Of a stretch of 64,000 bases of DNA, positions 1-11,200 are shown one piece after another (within the stretch, counting starts at the first letter, position 1; every line of letters starts with the position of its first letter). The translations under genes and the position numbers were made by a program. The notes beneath the pieces are model-generated. The model did not search any database and was not told the origin of the DNA. It worked only from the letters and a program-made list of their open reading frames with translations. The DNA is from Histomonas meleagridis 2922-C6/04-290x (Eukaryota; Protista; Parabasalia), in the NCBI GenBank assembly GCA_020184695.1, contig JAANOX010000273.1:1-64000 (forward strand), in the 5' to 3' direction.

Positions 1-666
1 CCAATTTCATAATCTGCGGTATTATTTACTCTAAAATAAAAATCTCCATGTGTAGCAAAATCAATAGTATCTTGTAAAATTTCGATTTCTCTTTTAATAA
101 CATCACCTATTGAAGCTTTATATCCAGTTCCATGTTTAGCTACACATATCCCCTAAATATTCTTTATAAGTACCTGATGTTTTAACTGATGGAATACAAT
201 CAGTTGATGAAGTATTTGTATCATATTTACTTCTATTGGTTAAAAGTATAAACATTACCTGTTAAAAATCAGGTGAACCAATTTGAAATTGTGTTGGGAG
301 TCTTCTTCAACAGGTGCATTATGAGTAATAGTTGTATTTATTTGTGCTAAAACCTCCAGTTCCTCTAGAATGTATTAAATGTAGTTGCAATATAATATAT
401 TGCACTATATATATCAGAAAATGTACCATTATCTTGTTTCTTTTTGTGTTACAGATTCAAAATATAATCTTCCATATATCTTCAGTAGGTGTACATCCAT
501 AAATTCTCCATAATAATTGATATGTATTACCTGATTCTTCAATTATACTGTGAAATAAAAGTTAATTTAGTAGATTCTAAACTAGTGAATTGACCAGTAC
601 CGGATTTTATATTTCCTGTATTATCAATACCATTAGTTTTTACAGAGTACATAATTTGAGAGCAAT

Positions 667-1790
667 TTAATTTTTAGTACAACCTAATGCATCAAAAGCT
701 GCTGTGTAATAAAAACCATTGCAACCTTTTAGTGTTGGTTTAAATTCCATAACATTCCCTGTACATTGTATTCTGAAACTATAATCATTTTCATATCCAT
801 CACTAGTATGCATATCTATATAAGGACCTGTTTCTAAAACACCATCGTTTTTAATAACTGCAATTGAAGGAACACTAATATTTAAATTTGAATCTGAAGG
901 TCCTGAATTTAAAGCAAAACCATTAATTGTTGAACATGTGATATTTTCTGGATTTGATACTGTAGGAATATCTGTTAAATCATTATAACTATGTGTATGA
1001 CTGAGGGTGGAAATGATTCAGGTTTATCAGATAAATCATTATAACTATGCGTATGTTCTGAAGGTGGGAATGTTTCAGGTTTATCATTTAAGTCATTATA
1101 ACTATGAGTATGAACTGTAGGTGGAAATGTTTCAGGTTTATCAGTTAAATCATTATAACTATGCGTATGTTCTGATGAAGCATAGTTTGTATGTTCATGA
1201 TCTTTTTTAGCATAAATCTCATCATGATTATGATCATTCAAAGATATTTTAGTTGTATCTACATTATTAATAGTTGCACATTGAATATTTCCATTACTTC
1301 CAAAACTTAATAATGAACCAGTTTTTGATTTAAAATCTAATGAATTAGTATTAGCAGTTATTCTCCATGTATTATCTTTATCATAATCTGCATTATTATG
1401 CATATCAATATATTGTCCAACTTCTACAACACCATCGACTTTTAATGTAATAATAGATGGCACATATAATTTTGTATCCCATTTACCACCTTCTGAAGTT
1501 GCCAATTGAAAACCATTTAATGAAGTAACTTGTACATTCCCATTTACTGTTAAATCATTATTTATTGTATTATGAGTATGACTTTTTGTTGAATATTTTT
1601 CATCTGATTGCGATTTATTATAATATAATTGAGGTAATGTAATCGAAGTTATAGTATTAAGTTTTTCTGTTATTTGATCATTTGTAGGATAATTTTCTAA
1701 AAGTTCTTGTAAGTCATCTTTATCAATAATTTCAGGAGCAGCAACAACATTAGTTTTTATACCTTTCGTAGCATTCTCAATACTAAACAT
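667..1790 (-). pseudogene. Phage tail-fibre-like protein, frameshifted near 990
   Basis: HTHSYNDLxDKPExFPP repeats. A 1-nt loss in the last repeat (TCA GT CAT vs ACA GTT CAT) ends ORF 975..1790, and the shifted frame continues to a TAA at 667-669. The motif VPSI-x3-K-x-DGV-x-E-x-G-x-YIDMH...RI occurs twice, once on each side of the frameshift. Confidence 0.6.
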
Positions 1791-1811
1791 TGATAAAAAT
1801 GAGTTTTCTAT

Positions 1812-2138
1812 TTAATAAATTAATAATAATTCTAACATAAAATATTCTGGATCAATTTCTTTACCATTCATTTCTTTAAACCATATTTTAAAATTTGGTT
1901 TTCTACTTTTATATTCATATTTCTTATATTTAGTCCTGTTTTCATTTGTATAAATACAAAAATAATCTTCATAATGGTCACGTTCAATAAAATCAGCATG
2001 CATTGAAACATCAGATACTAAATAATCCTTAAATTTACACTTACATTGCTGTACTACAATATATCTAGGATTTTGAGAATCGACAAATTCAGGCGGGAAA
2101 ACGGTTTTCTTTTTGTGAAGTACAAAAATACGTTTTAG
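1812..2138 (-). pseudogene. Putative Maverick minor capsid (penton)-like protein, 5' part lacking an ATG
   Basis: Frame is open for 109 codons upstream to a TGA at 2139-2141 (…PPEFVDSQNPRYIVVQQCK…MHADFIERDHY…). The C-terminus FKIWFKEMNGKEIDPEYFMLELLLIY resembles the beta-strand/DxxG end of single jelly-roll pentons (pattern recognition only). Confidence 0.4.
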
Positions 2139-2396
2139 TCACAGGTTTAAGCATTTATAAAAATAAAGTTTGCCATGCGACCAAACAATATAACCGTCGC
2201 TTTTTGACTACAAACCTCTGACCAAAGATAAATTGAATAGGATAAATGTCCGGCCAAACATAACCGGGGACATTTTGTGCTGGTTATACGAGGTTTTTGA
2301 TAGGTTTATGCGGAAAGTGGCATAAAAAGTGCTATCGTCCCTATGAAAAAGTTTCGCGTTCTCTCAAAATTGAATGCTCATTCAAATTTTCTATCG

Positions 2397-2488
2397 AATT
2401 GTATGGCTCACAAAAATCATTTTGATTTTTGTTGCGAGCGGAAATTGTATGGCTCACAAAAATCATTTTGATTTTTGTTGCGAGCGGA
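2397..2488. repeat. 2 x 46-bp tandem repeat, each unit an internal hairpin
   Basis: AATTGTATGGCTCACAAAAATCATTTTGATTTTTGTTGCGAGCGGA twice; stem ACAAAAATCA-TTT-TGATTTTTGT with outer GCTC/GAGC. Confidence 0.85.
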
Positions 2489-2695
2489 GCGAGCACACTC
2501 GGGGGATTGAAGGGGTCTGAGACCTCCGGAGGGGTCCGAAGGGCACCTCCGGGGGCCCCGCCGGGGGCGGGGCTTCTAGGGACCTCGTGATCATTCCCGA
2601 CCGCATTATATACCTACCAATCATTGCCAATTGCATATTGGAGTTAAATTTTTAGGAAAGAGATATTCAATGCATTTTGATCGATTTTTTAAATT

Positions 2696-2736
2696 AACGG
2701 TTTTAATATTGCAATGGCGGTTGTGGTCGTTCCTTT
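2696..2736 (+). promoter_or_regulatory. Trichomonad M3 (x2) and M5 core promoter motifs of RPS3a
   Basis: AACGGTTT 2696-2703 and GGCGGTTG 2716-2723 fit M3; CCTTT 2732-2736 lies just upstream of the ATG and fits M5, a motif described for Trichomonas vaginalis ribosomal protein genes. Confidence 0.55.
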
Positions 2737-2742
2737 TGGAAT

Positions 2743-3498
2743 ATGGGTAAAGCTCAACAAAAGGGCAAGGCCTCAAAGAAAATCAAGCAAGATACTTTCT
2801 TAAAGAAGGAATGGCGTCACGTATTTGTTCCAGGATTCTTCTCAAAGCGCGATATCGGATTCACAGTATCTCATAAATGTGCTCGTGGTAAAACACCAGC
2901 AGATTACCTCAACAACCGTGTTTTTGAACTTTCCCATGGTGATCTTGTTGATGAACAATCTCATGCATACCGTTTATTTAGCTGGAAATCAGTTGATGTT
3001 CAAAATAATGATGTTTTAACTGTTTTCGCTGGAATGAGACTCACAAACGATAAGCTCTCTTCACTCCTCCGTAAGTATCGTACACTCATCAATGCTCAAG
3101 TTGATGTTCGTACAGCTGATGGATACATTCTCCGTGCTTTCAGCATTGGCTTCACCAAGAAATTAAATCCAAACAAGAAAGCTTGCTATGCTCAACAATC
3201 CAAGAAGCGTGAAATCAGAGATGCTTGCATAGCCATCATGAAAGAAACAATTGAAAAGTCCACAATTCCAGAACTTTGCAACACAATTGTTAATGAAACA
3301 ATCGAGAAGGCTATTGTTGAAAAATGCAAGACTATCATGCAAGTCGATAATGTATATGTCACAAAGATCAAAGTTATTAAGGCACCAACATTCACCGGTG
3401 AAGAGCTCAAGAAGCTTCATCAAGGACGCGCTGTTACAAAGGCTGCTGAAGTCGCACGCCCAGTCGAGGAAGAAGTTAAGGCCGAAGAAGCCAAATAA
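2743..3498 (+). CDS. RPS3a: 40S ribosomal protein eS1 (S3a)
   Basis: DTFLKKEW, GKTPADYLNNRVFE and SLLRKYRTLINAQVDVRTADGYILRAFSIGFTK motifs; highly expressed codon usage. Confidence 0.97.
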   Translation: MGKAQQKGKASKKIKQDTFLKKEWRHVFVPGFFSKRDIGFTVSHKCARGKTPADYLNNRVFELSHGDLVDEQSHAYRLFSWKSVDVQNNDVLTVFAGMRLTNDKLSSLLRKYRTLINAQVDVRTADGYILRAFSIGFTKKLNPNKKACYAQQSKKREIRDACIAIMKETIEKSTIPELCNTIVNETIEKAIVEKCKTIMQVDNVYVTKIKVIKAPTFTGEELKKLHQGRAVTKAAEVARPVEEEVKAEEAK

Positions 3499-3796
3499 AA
3501 AGTTACAATAAACTTTTTTGCCAACAAAAACTTTCATTTATGATTAATGCAGTGCGTACTGTTAAAGTTAAGGCAGGAAAAAACCTCAAAATTATGTGAA
3601 AATTATTTGTTTACCTTTAAGAAATGAATATGTAATTCCATATATGCAAAACGAGCCAATTTAATCAATTTGAACAAAATTATTATCACTAATATGTCGA
3701 AATATCGTGTAATCTAAACTATTTTTACACGAATAACGTTCAAATTTTATTATTATAAAAAGGATTTAAAAAATATTTAACGATTTTTTAATTAAT

Positions 3797-5948
3797 TTAG
3801 TTTAATTCAATTCCTTTTTGTTGGAGAAGCAATTCAACTATGTCATCATTTCCTGCTTCTGTTGCATATTGTAATGCTGTTTTAAACGCTCATAATCAAT
3901 TCCAATAAAAAGATAATTACTTCAAGAAAACTAAACAAACTTCAAACATAACTATTAAGCATCTCTTGAATTTATGTTAATTTCTTTGAATTCTAGAAGT
4001 AATTTAACATTTTCTAAGCATCCACCTGAACTTGCATATATTAATGGTGTCCAATTTGTACAAAATCAATTCCACATTGACAATAATAACATAAAATTAT
4101 ATAATAGAACTATAAAAAAATGAAGATAACATCGCTTTCATTTATGTTGATTTCTTTTTGCTGAAGAAGTAATTCCAAAATTTTTGCATTATCAAGATTG
4201 GAAGAACGCATAAGTGCAGTTAAATTTATTTAAAATAAACGCCAAATTTTTATTACAGACATCAAATTATTTCTACGTATATCAAATAAAGAGAATTAAA
4301 ATCTTTAGCATTAATATCAATTTCTTTTTGATTAAGAAGTAATGTAACTGCTTCGATAAATCCGTTTGTACAAGCACACATTAATGCTGTTCTATATTAT
4401 AATATTTAGACACCAAAAACAATATGCGATTATTGAAAAATATAAAGAAATTGCAAATTAAACAAACATATACCTTTGTCATTAACATCAATACCTTTTT
4501 GATCAAGAAGAAATTTAATTAGTTCAATATCACTATTACAACAAGCATCCAAAAGTAAAGTATCAAATAATTTGATGTAATACCAAGAATTATATTTAAA
4601 CATTTAAAAAAATTGATAAATAAGAAAAATGAAGAAATATGTTTTGTATTTATATCAATCCCTTCTTGTTGAATGAGGAAATTAAAAACATCAATATGTT
4701 GATTTTTGTAAGCATTAAATAGGGCTGATAAAGACACAAACAAATGCCAAATAATGTATAAAAGCATTAATTAAAAAAATTAAGCATTTCCTTTTGCATT
4801 AATATCAATTCCTTTTTGTTCAAGAAATATTTTTACTAAAGGCATATTTCCATCACTAGATGCTATAATAAGTGATGTATTAAAAAATATAAGTAAAATC
4901 CTAATAAAAATTTCAAACTTCAAATAAATAAAACAAAATTCATATAAAATAATAAAAAAATTATGAGCATTAATATCTATTTCACTATGCATAAGAATGA
5001 TTTTAACACCTTCAACATCATTTGACCTTGTAGCTAAAATAAGTGCTGTATTAAGTATTTTATTTAAATTCCAAAAATGTAAAATATATCTGAAAAATAT
5101 AAAATAAATATTAAAAACGATAAATATATATCTTTAGTATTAATATCAATTTCTTTTTGTTCAAGAAGTAATTTTATTATTTCTATGTTCCAATGAGAAG
5201 CAGCTTTCATGAGTGCTGTTTTAAATGGTTTTAGTGGTTTCCAAATATTATTTTGAAACATTAAATTATTAAAATAAGTTTGAAATAAAACAAATAAAAA
5301 TCTTTAGCATTAATTTCAATTCCTTTTTGTTCAAGAAGTAATTTAGTTATTAAAGGATGAATATAAATATCTGCAGATGCACAAATAAGTGCTGTTTTAA
5401 ATAATTTCAATAATTTCCGAATATTCTTTTGAAATATCAAATCATTAAAATAAATAACATCTTTAGCATTAATATCAATTCCTTCTTGTTCAAGAAGTAA
5501 TTTAAATATTTTCCTATAATAAATTGCATGCATTAATGCTGTTTTAAATAATTTAAATAATTTCTGAATAATATTTTGCAACATCAAATCGTTAAAATAA
5601 ATAACATCTTTAGCATTAATATCAATTCCTTCTTGTTCAAGAAGTAATTTAACTATTTCTATATGACCTTTTGAAGATGCTAAAATAAGTGCTGTATTAA
5701 ATCATTTAAATAATTTCCAAATATTATTTTGGAATATAAAACAAATCAAATAAATATAAAATAAAACAAATAAATATCTTTATCATTAATATCAATTCCT
5801 TCCTGTTCAAGAAGCAATTTAACTATTTCTGTATGACCTTTTTTAGATGCAATCATAAGTGCTTTATTAAATCATTTAAGTAATTTCCAAATATTATTTT
5901 AAAATATCAAATAATTAAAATAAATTTTAAATAAAATAAATTAATATC
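3797..5948 (-). repeat. Ankyrin array A: 13 stop-free repeat cores separated by 13 non-coding-like spacers
   Basis: Cores T[A/P]L...GIDINAKD are mostly 30 codons (one 28, one 32, terminal 27 + TAA at 3797). Spacers 5'->3': 80,80,63,63,80,80,81,60,77,81,80,80,80 nt. Confidence 0.9.
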
Positions 5949-7214
5949 CATGGCGTTAACATCAATTCCTTCTCGATTAAGGAGATATTTTATAAATTCA
6001 ATGTTTCCTGATTCAACTGATAATGGAAAACTTGAATTAGAAATTCTTTTTTTATAACCAATGAAAAAAAACACATTTCCTCTTCTGATAAATTCTTCAA
6101 CAATTACATCGTCAACTTTCATTCCTTCCTTCAATAAAAACGAAAAAATTTCATAATTATTATATTTAATACATATAATTCCTAATTCAGTTAAATTAAT
6201 ATTAATAGGTTTCTTTTCATAAAAATAATGAAAAATATCATTTCGATGAAATTCGATTGCTGTTTCATATGCATCTTCTAATATTGAATGTTTTTGTTCA
6301 CATAAATGAACGATTTCTTCATTTCCTCCTGCAATTGCATATTTTAATGTATTTTCAATATTTGCACCATTAATTAATAAAAACTTAAAACATTTAATTG
6401 AATTAAAAAACACTGCATAATCAATTAATGTAACATTTTCATGATTAATAAATGAATATCTTTCATAAAGTGATGGTTCAATTTTTTGATTATAATCAAA
6501 ATCAATTTGTGATGATATTTCTTGAAGTTTTTCTATTTCATCATATCGTATTATTTTTGATAATCCATTTGTATTTACACCTTCTTCAATATATTGTTCA
6601 TGTGGTATGTTATTGTGATAATAAGGATCATCAAAAAACCCCGGTACCCCGTAAAATTCCTCTAACAATTTTCCTTTTAAACGATGAATAAAATAAAATG
6701 TTTTAAAACGTCTTACAATATCTGATTCAATTAAATTTTGTTTTATCATTTTTTCAATTAAAAAATATGATTCTTGTGATTGAATTTCAACCAAAAAATT
6801 ACTAAATATTTGAAATATTTTTGGAATATTTTGATCGATTTCAATTTGTTTTTCTTCAAGACTTTTTAAGAAATCAAAACAAATATTTGGACAATTCTTT
6901 TTTGATATAAAGGTATAAAATAAAAATTGACAAATAATATTATTGAATGAATATGGATATTGTTGATCAAATAATTTCATAATCTCTTGCGTTGTGTTTT
7001 CAATATTGATTTCATTTAAACTAAATATGATATGTTCCAATGATTCCATTAATTTTATATGCTCAACATTGTTAAATGATTGAACGGATTTCATTTCTTG
7101 GTTGTGTTTTAATAACGGTTTAATATAATTTACGTAAATGACAGGAAAAAATTTCCAATATGAAAAAAAAAGTATTTTATTTTGTTTAAAGTCAATAATT
7201 ATAAGTAACACCAA
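5907..7214 (-). CDS. DUF3447-type ankyrin repeat protein, N-terminal ORF (likely ATG at 7094); array continues to 3797
   Basis: IIRYDEIEKLQEI...SLYERYSFIN...LIDYAVFFNSIKCFKFLLINGA...YAIAGGNEEIVHLCEQ is the trichomonad DUF3447 head; ORF stops inside the first spacer. Confidence 0.85.
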   Translation of the reverse strand: MVLLIIIDFKQNKILFFSYWKFFPVIYVNYIKPLLKHNQEMKSVQSFNNVEHIKLMESLEHIIFSLNEINIENTTQEIMKLFDQQYPYSFNNIICQFLFYTFISKKNCPNICFDFLKSLEEKQIEIDQNIPKIFQIFSNFLVEIQSQESYFLIEKMIKQNLIESDIVRRFKTFYFIHRLKGKLLEEFYGVPGFFDDPYYHNNIPHEQYIEEGVNTNGLSKIIRYDEIEKLQEISSQIDFDYNQKIEPSLYERYSFINHENVTLIDYAVFFNSIKCFKFLLINGANIENTLKYAIAGGNEEIVHLCEQKHSILEDAYETAIEFHRNDIFHYFYEKKPININLTELGIICIKYNNYEIFSFLLKEGMKVDDVIVEEFIRRGNVFFFIGYKKRISNSSFPLSVESGNIEFIKYLLNREGIDVNAMDINLFYLKFILII

Positions 7215-8219
7215 TTATCTTAATAACTTGCACCTATCGACAAAGCAATTCTACAATCCACATGACCATTTTCAGATGCTAAAAACACCTATTATTGATA
7301 AACATCTTTAATGTTTTTGATTTAAATTAAATCAAAAATTAATTACTTTCAAAAGCTTTAAACAAAGATAGGGAAATAGTATAAAATCGATTTATGTTTT
7401 TTTATTAATGATTATAAAAATTAATAATTATTTTCTTCAAACTTAAAACAACTAAATGACTTATAGGTTATCGGTAAGAGTATTCATAAAAAATATCATA
7501 TACACTTTTTCATTCTCATAAAAAATATCATAAATCCTATAAAATTTACCAGTAGTTGCCAACCCAAAGGAATTAATATAAAAATTAGTCAGGATTTATT
7601 GAGTTACGTATTTATTTCCTTTGGGTGTTTGGCATGTAAATATGTTGATTGTTATGTCAATCGAATATTCGAATATTTCCTAGTGTGAAGAACAAGGAAC
7701 GTATTAATGATTTCAAGGCAAATTCATTTAGAGACGCAAACATTCGACAATAAGTGATATTTTTGAGTTTTTCAAATGATCATTTGAATTGATGCCAGGA
7801 TGGTGAGTACCTTATGCGCATTTCAGAGGAATTCAGCGGGAAATACCGAAGGCCTTCTGTCGCAACCCCCAATTATTTTGGCACATGGTAGATGGCTCCT
7901 CCTGCGATGGTAAACATTGGCGGACCACGCACCCTCGCATCGTAACGGTTTTTTTGCCTCGATCCGAGACGATCAATTTCAACACAAAAACGAAAACGTC
8001 GTTATAAAAAGACGATAAATATTCAATCCTTTCCGATGCCAAAAACGACAGCCGAACTCGAATTTTATCGCTTCCATAAACGTTTATGGTTCTTTCTGTC
8101 GGCTAACTCCCACTTTAAAAATTGAATGGACTTGATTATATATCAGCTTTTCAATTCAAATAACTTTGCTGATTGAATGCATTTCAAAGCATTGTACCCG
8201 ATGTTAATCAATAAAAATT

Positions 8220-11200
8220 ATGTTTTATCTCATTATAACTTATTTAGAAATTTTAACAAAGCATAACATTATTACAAATGTTCCCAAGGTACTAATTTAT
8301 CCCGAAAATTATTTCTCAAAAGAATCTTATAATAATCACATTAATCACAAATTTGATAAAATTAGCATGTTTTATATTAACTCTATTTATTATCATGTCA
8401 ACGTATTGAAAGAGCAAAAAAACCGATACAACTTAACGATATTACGAACTAATACATCTAACGATATTTCATTTCATTCTTATTCTCGTTTCAACAAAAT
8501 AAACCTACTAAGTTATTCTAAGTTCATGCCAAAAGAATTTTCTAAGATCTTTTCACATTGTATCATCAAAGAAAATAAGCAAAATAAACGCAAAGAAAGC
8601 ATTTTAATTTCAAACTTTTTTTATAACATATCTTGTTATTTAGCTTTGATTATTCTCTGTTATTCGTTCTTCCCTCTATTAATAATTTCTAAAAGTAACA
8701 CAAAAGGAAATATATCAAAAAAAAATCTACCATGGCTGATTTCTCTGTTTTTTATGCATTCAGTTACTTTAACATGGAATTCTGGTACAGAAACACTTAC
8801 TGTCTCAAGTTCCGATAGTCCTTCAACCTTCCAAAGTTATAGCACACTTGCACACCATGTTATAATATCAGATGGAGTAACCACAATATATGACGGGGAA
8901 TTTATGGACTGGGGAGTTCTAGAAACAGTTCAACTAAGTAATACGGTTCAAATGATTGGTGTTGGTGCGTTTCAACAATGTATTAATTTAGTATCAGTAA
9001 CATCTGGAAATGGTATCATCACAATTTCAAGTGTAGCATTTAATTATTGTGAAAAATTGGAAAGCTTTATCATACCAAGTACATGCACCAGTGTAGGAAT
9101 TGGTACATTTCAATGCTGTTCAAGTTTAGGATCAGTGACTATCGGCGAAAAAGTGGAAATCCTTGAGTCATATGTTTTTAATCAATGTATAAGTTTAAGA
9201 AGTATAATAATTCCAAGTTCAGTTGTGTCTCTTGGTCATAGAGCATTTCAAGCATGTTATAATTTAGAAACAGTTGAAATATATGGAAACATTCCTGAAA
9301 TTGGGAATCGGACATTTGCTAGCTGTTCCAATCTTACAAATCTTATACTTCCCACATCAATTACTTCAATTGGTCTTTCTGGGTTCTGGAGTTGCCAATC
9401 ATTAACGAGCATTACAATTCCAAATATTATAACGATAGGTTATGCTGCATTTGAACTTTGTAGTAATTTAGAAGAAGTTATTGTTGGTGATCAGATAGAA
9501 ACAATTGATGGTTTTGCATTTAATTATTGTTCAAATTTGAAAAGTTTCTCAACTCATAGTTCTATTACATATCTTGGGCATACAGCATTTCAAATGTGCT
9601 CTAATTTAGAAACAGTTGAATTATATGGAAACTTTCAAGAAATTGGAAATTGGACATTCTACAATTGTTCAAAACTTGAAAATCTTATAATTCCTTCAAC
9701 TATTACATCGATTCAACGAAATGGATTTTATGGTTGTCAATCACTAAAGAACATGACAATTCCAAATATTATAACTATAGGTCATGGTGCATTTCAATTC
9801 TGTGCCAATCTGGAATTAGTTATTATTGGCGACCAATTAGAAACAATTGATGATTTTGCATTTAATCATTGTTCAAATTTGAAAAATTTTTCAACACAAA
9901 ATTATATTACACATCTTGGACGTGTAGCATTTCAAATGTGCTCTAATTTAGAAACAGTTGAATTATATGGAAACTTTCAAGAAATTGGAAATTGGACATT
10001 TTACAATTGTTCAAAACTTGAAAATCTTATAATTCCTTCAACTATTACATCGATTCAACAAAATGGATTTTATGGTTGTCAATCACTAAAGAACATGACA
10101 ATTCCAAATATTATATATATAGATGCTAGAGTATTTTCGTTATGTTACAATTTAGAAACAATTGTTATTGGAGACCAATTAGAAACAATCAATGATTATG
10201 CATTTAATTATTGTTCAAAATTGAAAAATTTCTCAACTCATAGTTCTATTAAACATCTTGGACATGGAGCATTTCAACATTGTGATGAGTTGGAAACTGT
10301 TGAAATATATAGCAATATTCCAAGTATCGAAGAATATACATTTACAAATTGCTTTCGCCTTAAAAATATAATACTGCCAAATTCTATTACATCAATTGGG
10401 CAATATGCATTAGCTTCTTGTTGGGATTTAAATACATTTATCATTGGAGAAAATGTCCAAACAATTGAAGCATATGCGTTTCAACATTGTATTAATCTAG
10501 AGTGTATATATTTTTATGGAGAAAATGAACCAACTATTGATCCAAGTGCATTTTTAAATACTCCAGTGCGAACAGTTATGGTAACATCTTCATATACAAG
10601 TGCTACATTTGGTGTTCTTAATGTATATCTTGGAACAATTGATGTTTGTATTCCACCAACATTTACATTCACACAATCAGATACATTTTCTAACTCAAAC
10701 ACATTTACACAATCAAATACTTTCACACAAACTAATACATATTCACAAAGTAATACGTTTTCACAATCTAATACATATACACGATCAAATACATTTTCGC
10801 AATCAAATACATTTTCACAATCGAACACATATCTGCCATCCAATACATTTTCACAATCTAATACATATTCACAAAGTAATACTTTTTCGCAATCAAATAC
10901 ATTTTCGCAATCAAATACTTATACACGATCAGATACATTTTCCAACTCAAATACATTTTCACAATCGAATACATATCTGCCATCTAATACATTTTCACAA
11001 TCTAATACATATTCACAAAGTAATACATATTCACAGAGTAATACATTTTCGCAATCTAATACATATACACAATCAAATACATTTACACAATCGAATACAC
11101 TTTCAAATACATTTACACAATCATATACATACACGGATGCATTTTCTCAATCAAATACATTTTCGCAATCTAATACATATACTAAATCGAATTCTTTTGC

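Larger units (their letters stand above)
1..2615 (-). mobile_element. End of a decayed Maverick/Polinton-like virus-like element (boundaries approximate; continues beyond window start)
   Basis: Tail-fibre-like ORF plus a penton-like ORF on the minus strand, followed by a hairpin-rich, GC-rich segment (2170-2580) unlike the flanking DNA. Mavericks are abundant in trichomonads (established). No pPolB, integrase, second TIR or TSD is visible in the window. Confidence 0.5.

Noticed and set aside
2555-2579. Helitron 3' end (GC hairpin + CTAG)
   Set aside because: CTAG is only 2 nt from the hairpin and is not followed by T; no Rep/helicase is present; neighbouring genes are virion-like.
4391-4788. 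Alternative genetic code (TAA/TAG = Gln) to explain stops in spacers
   Set aside because: Housekeeping genes here end in TAA, TAG and TGA, and recoding cannot fix the 19 frame-shifting spacers.
3797-5948. Simple -1 frameshift or matched-codon (T4 gene 60/byp-like) hop across spacers
   Set aside because: Some spacers have stops early in the entry frame and late in the exit frame (3881-3960), and no matching take-off/landing codon pair is conserved; unmatched bypass is not excluded.
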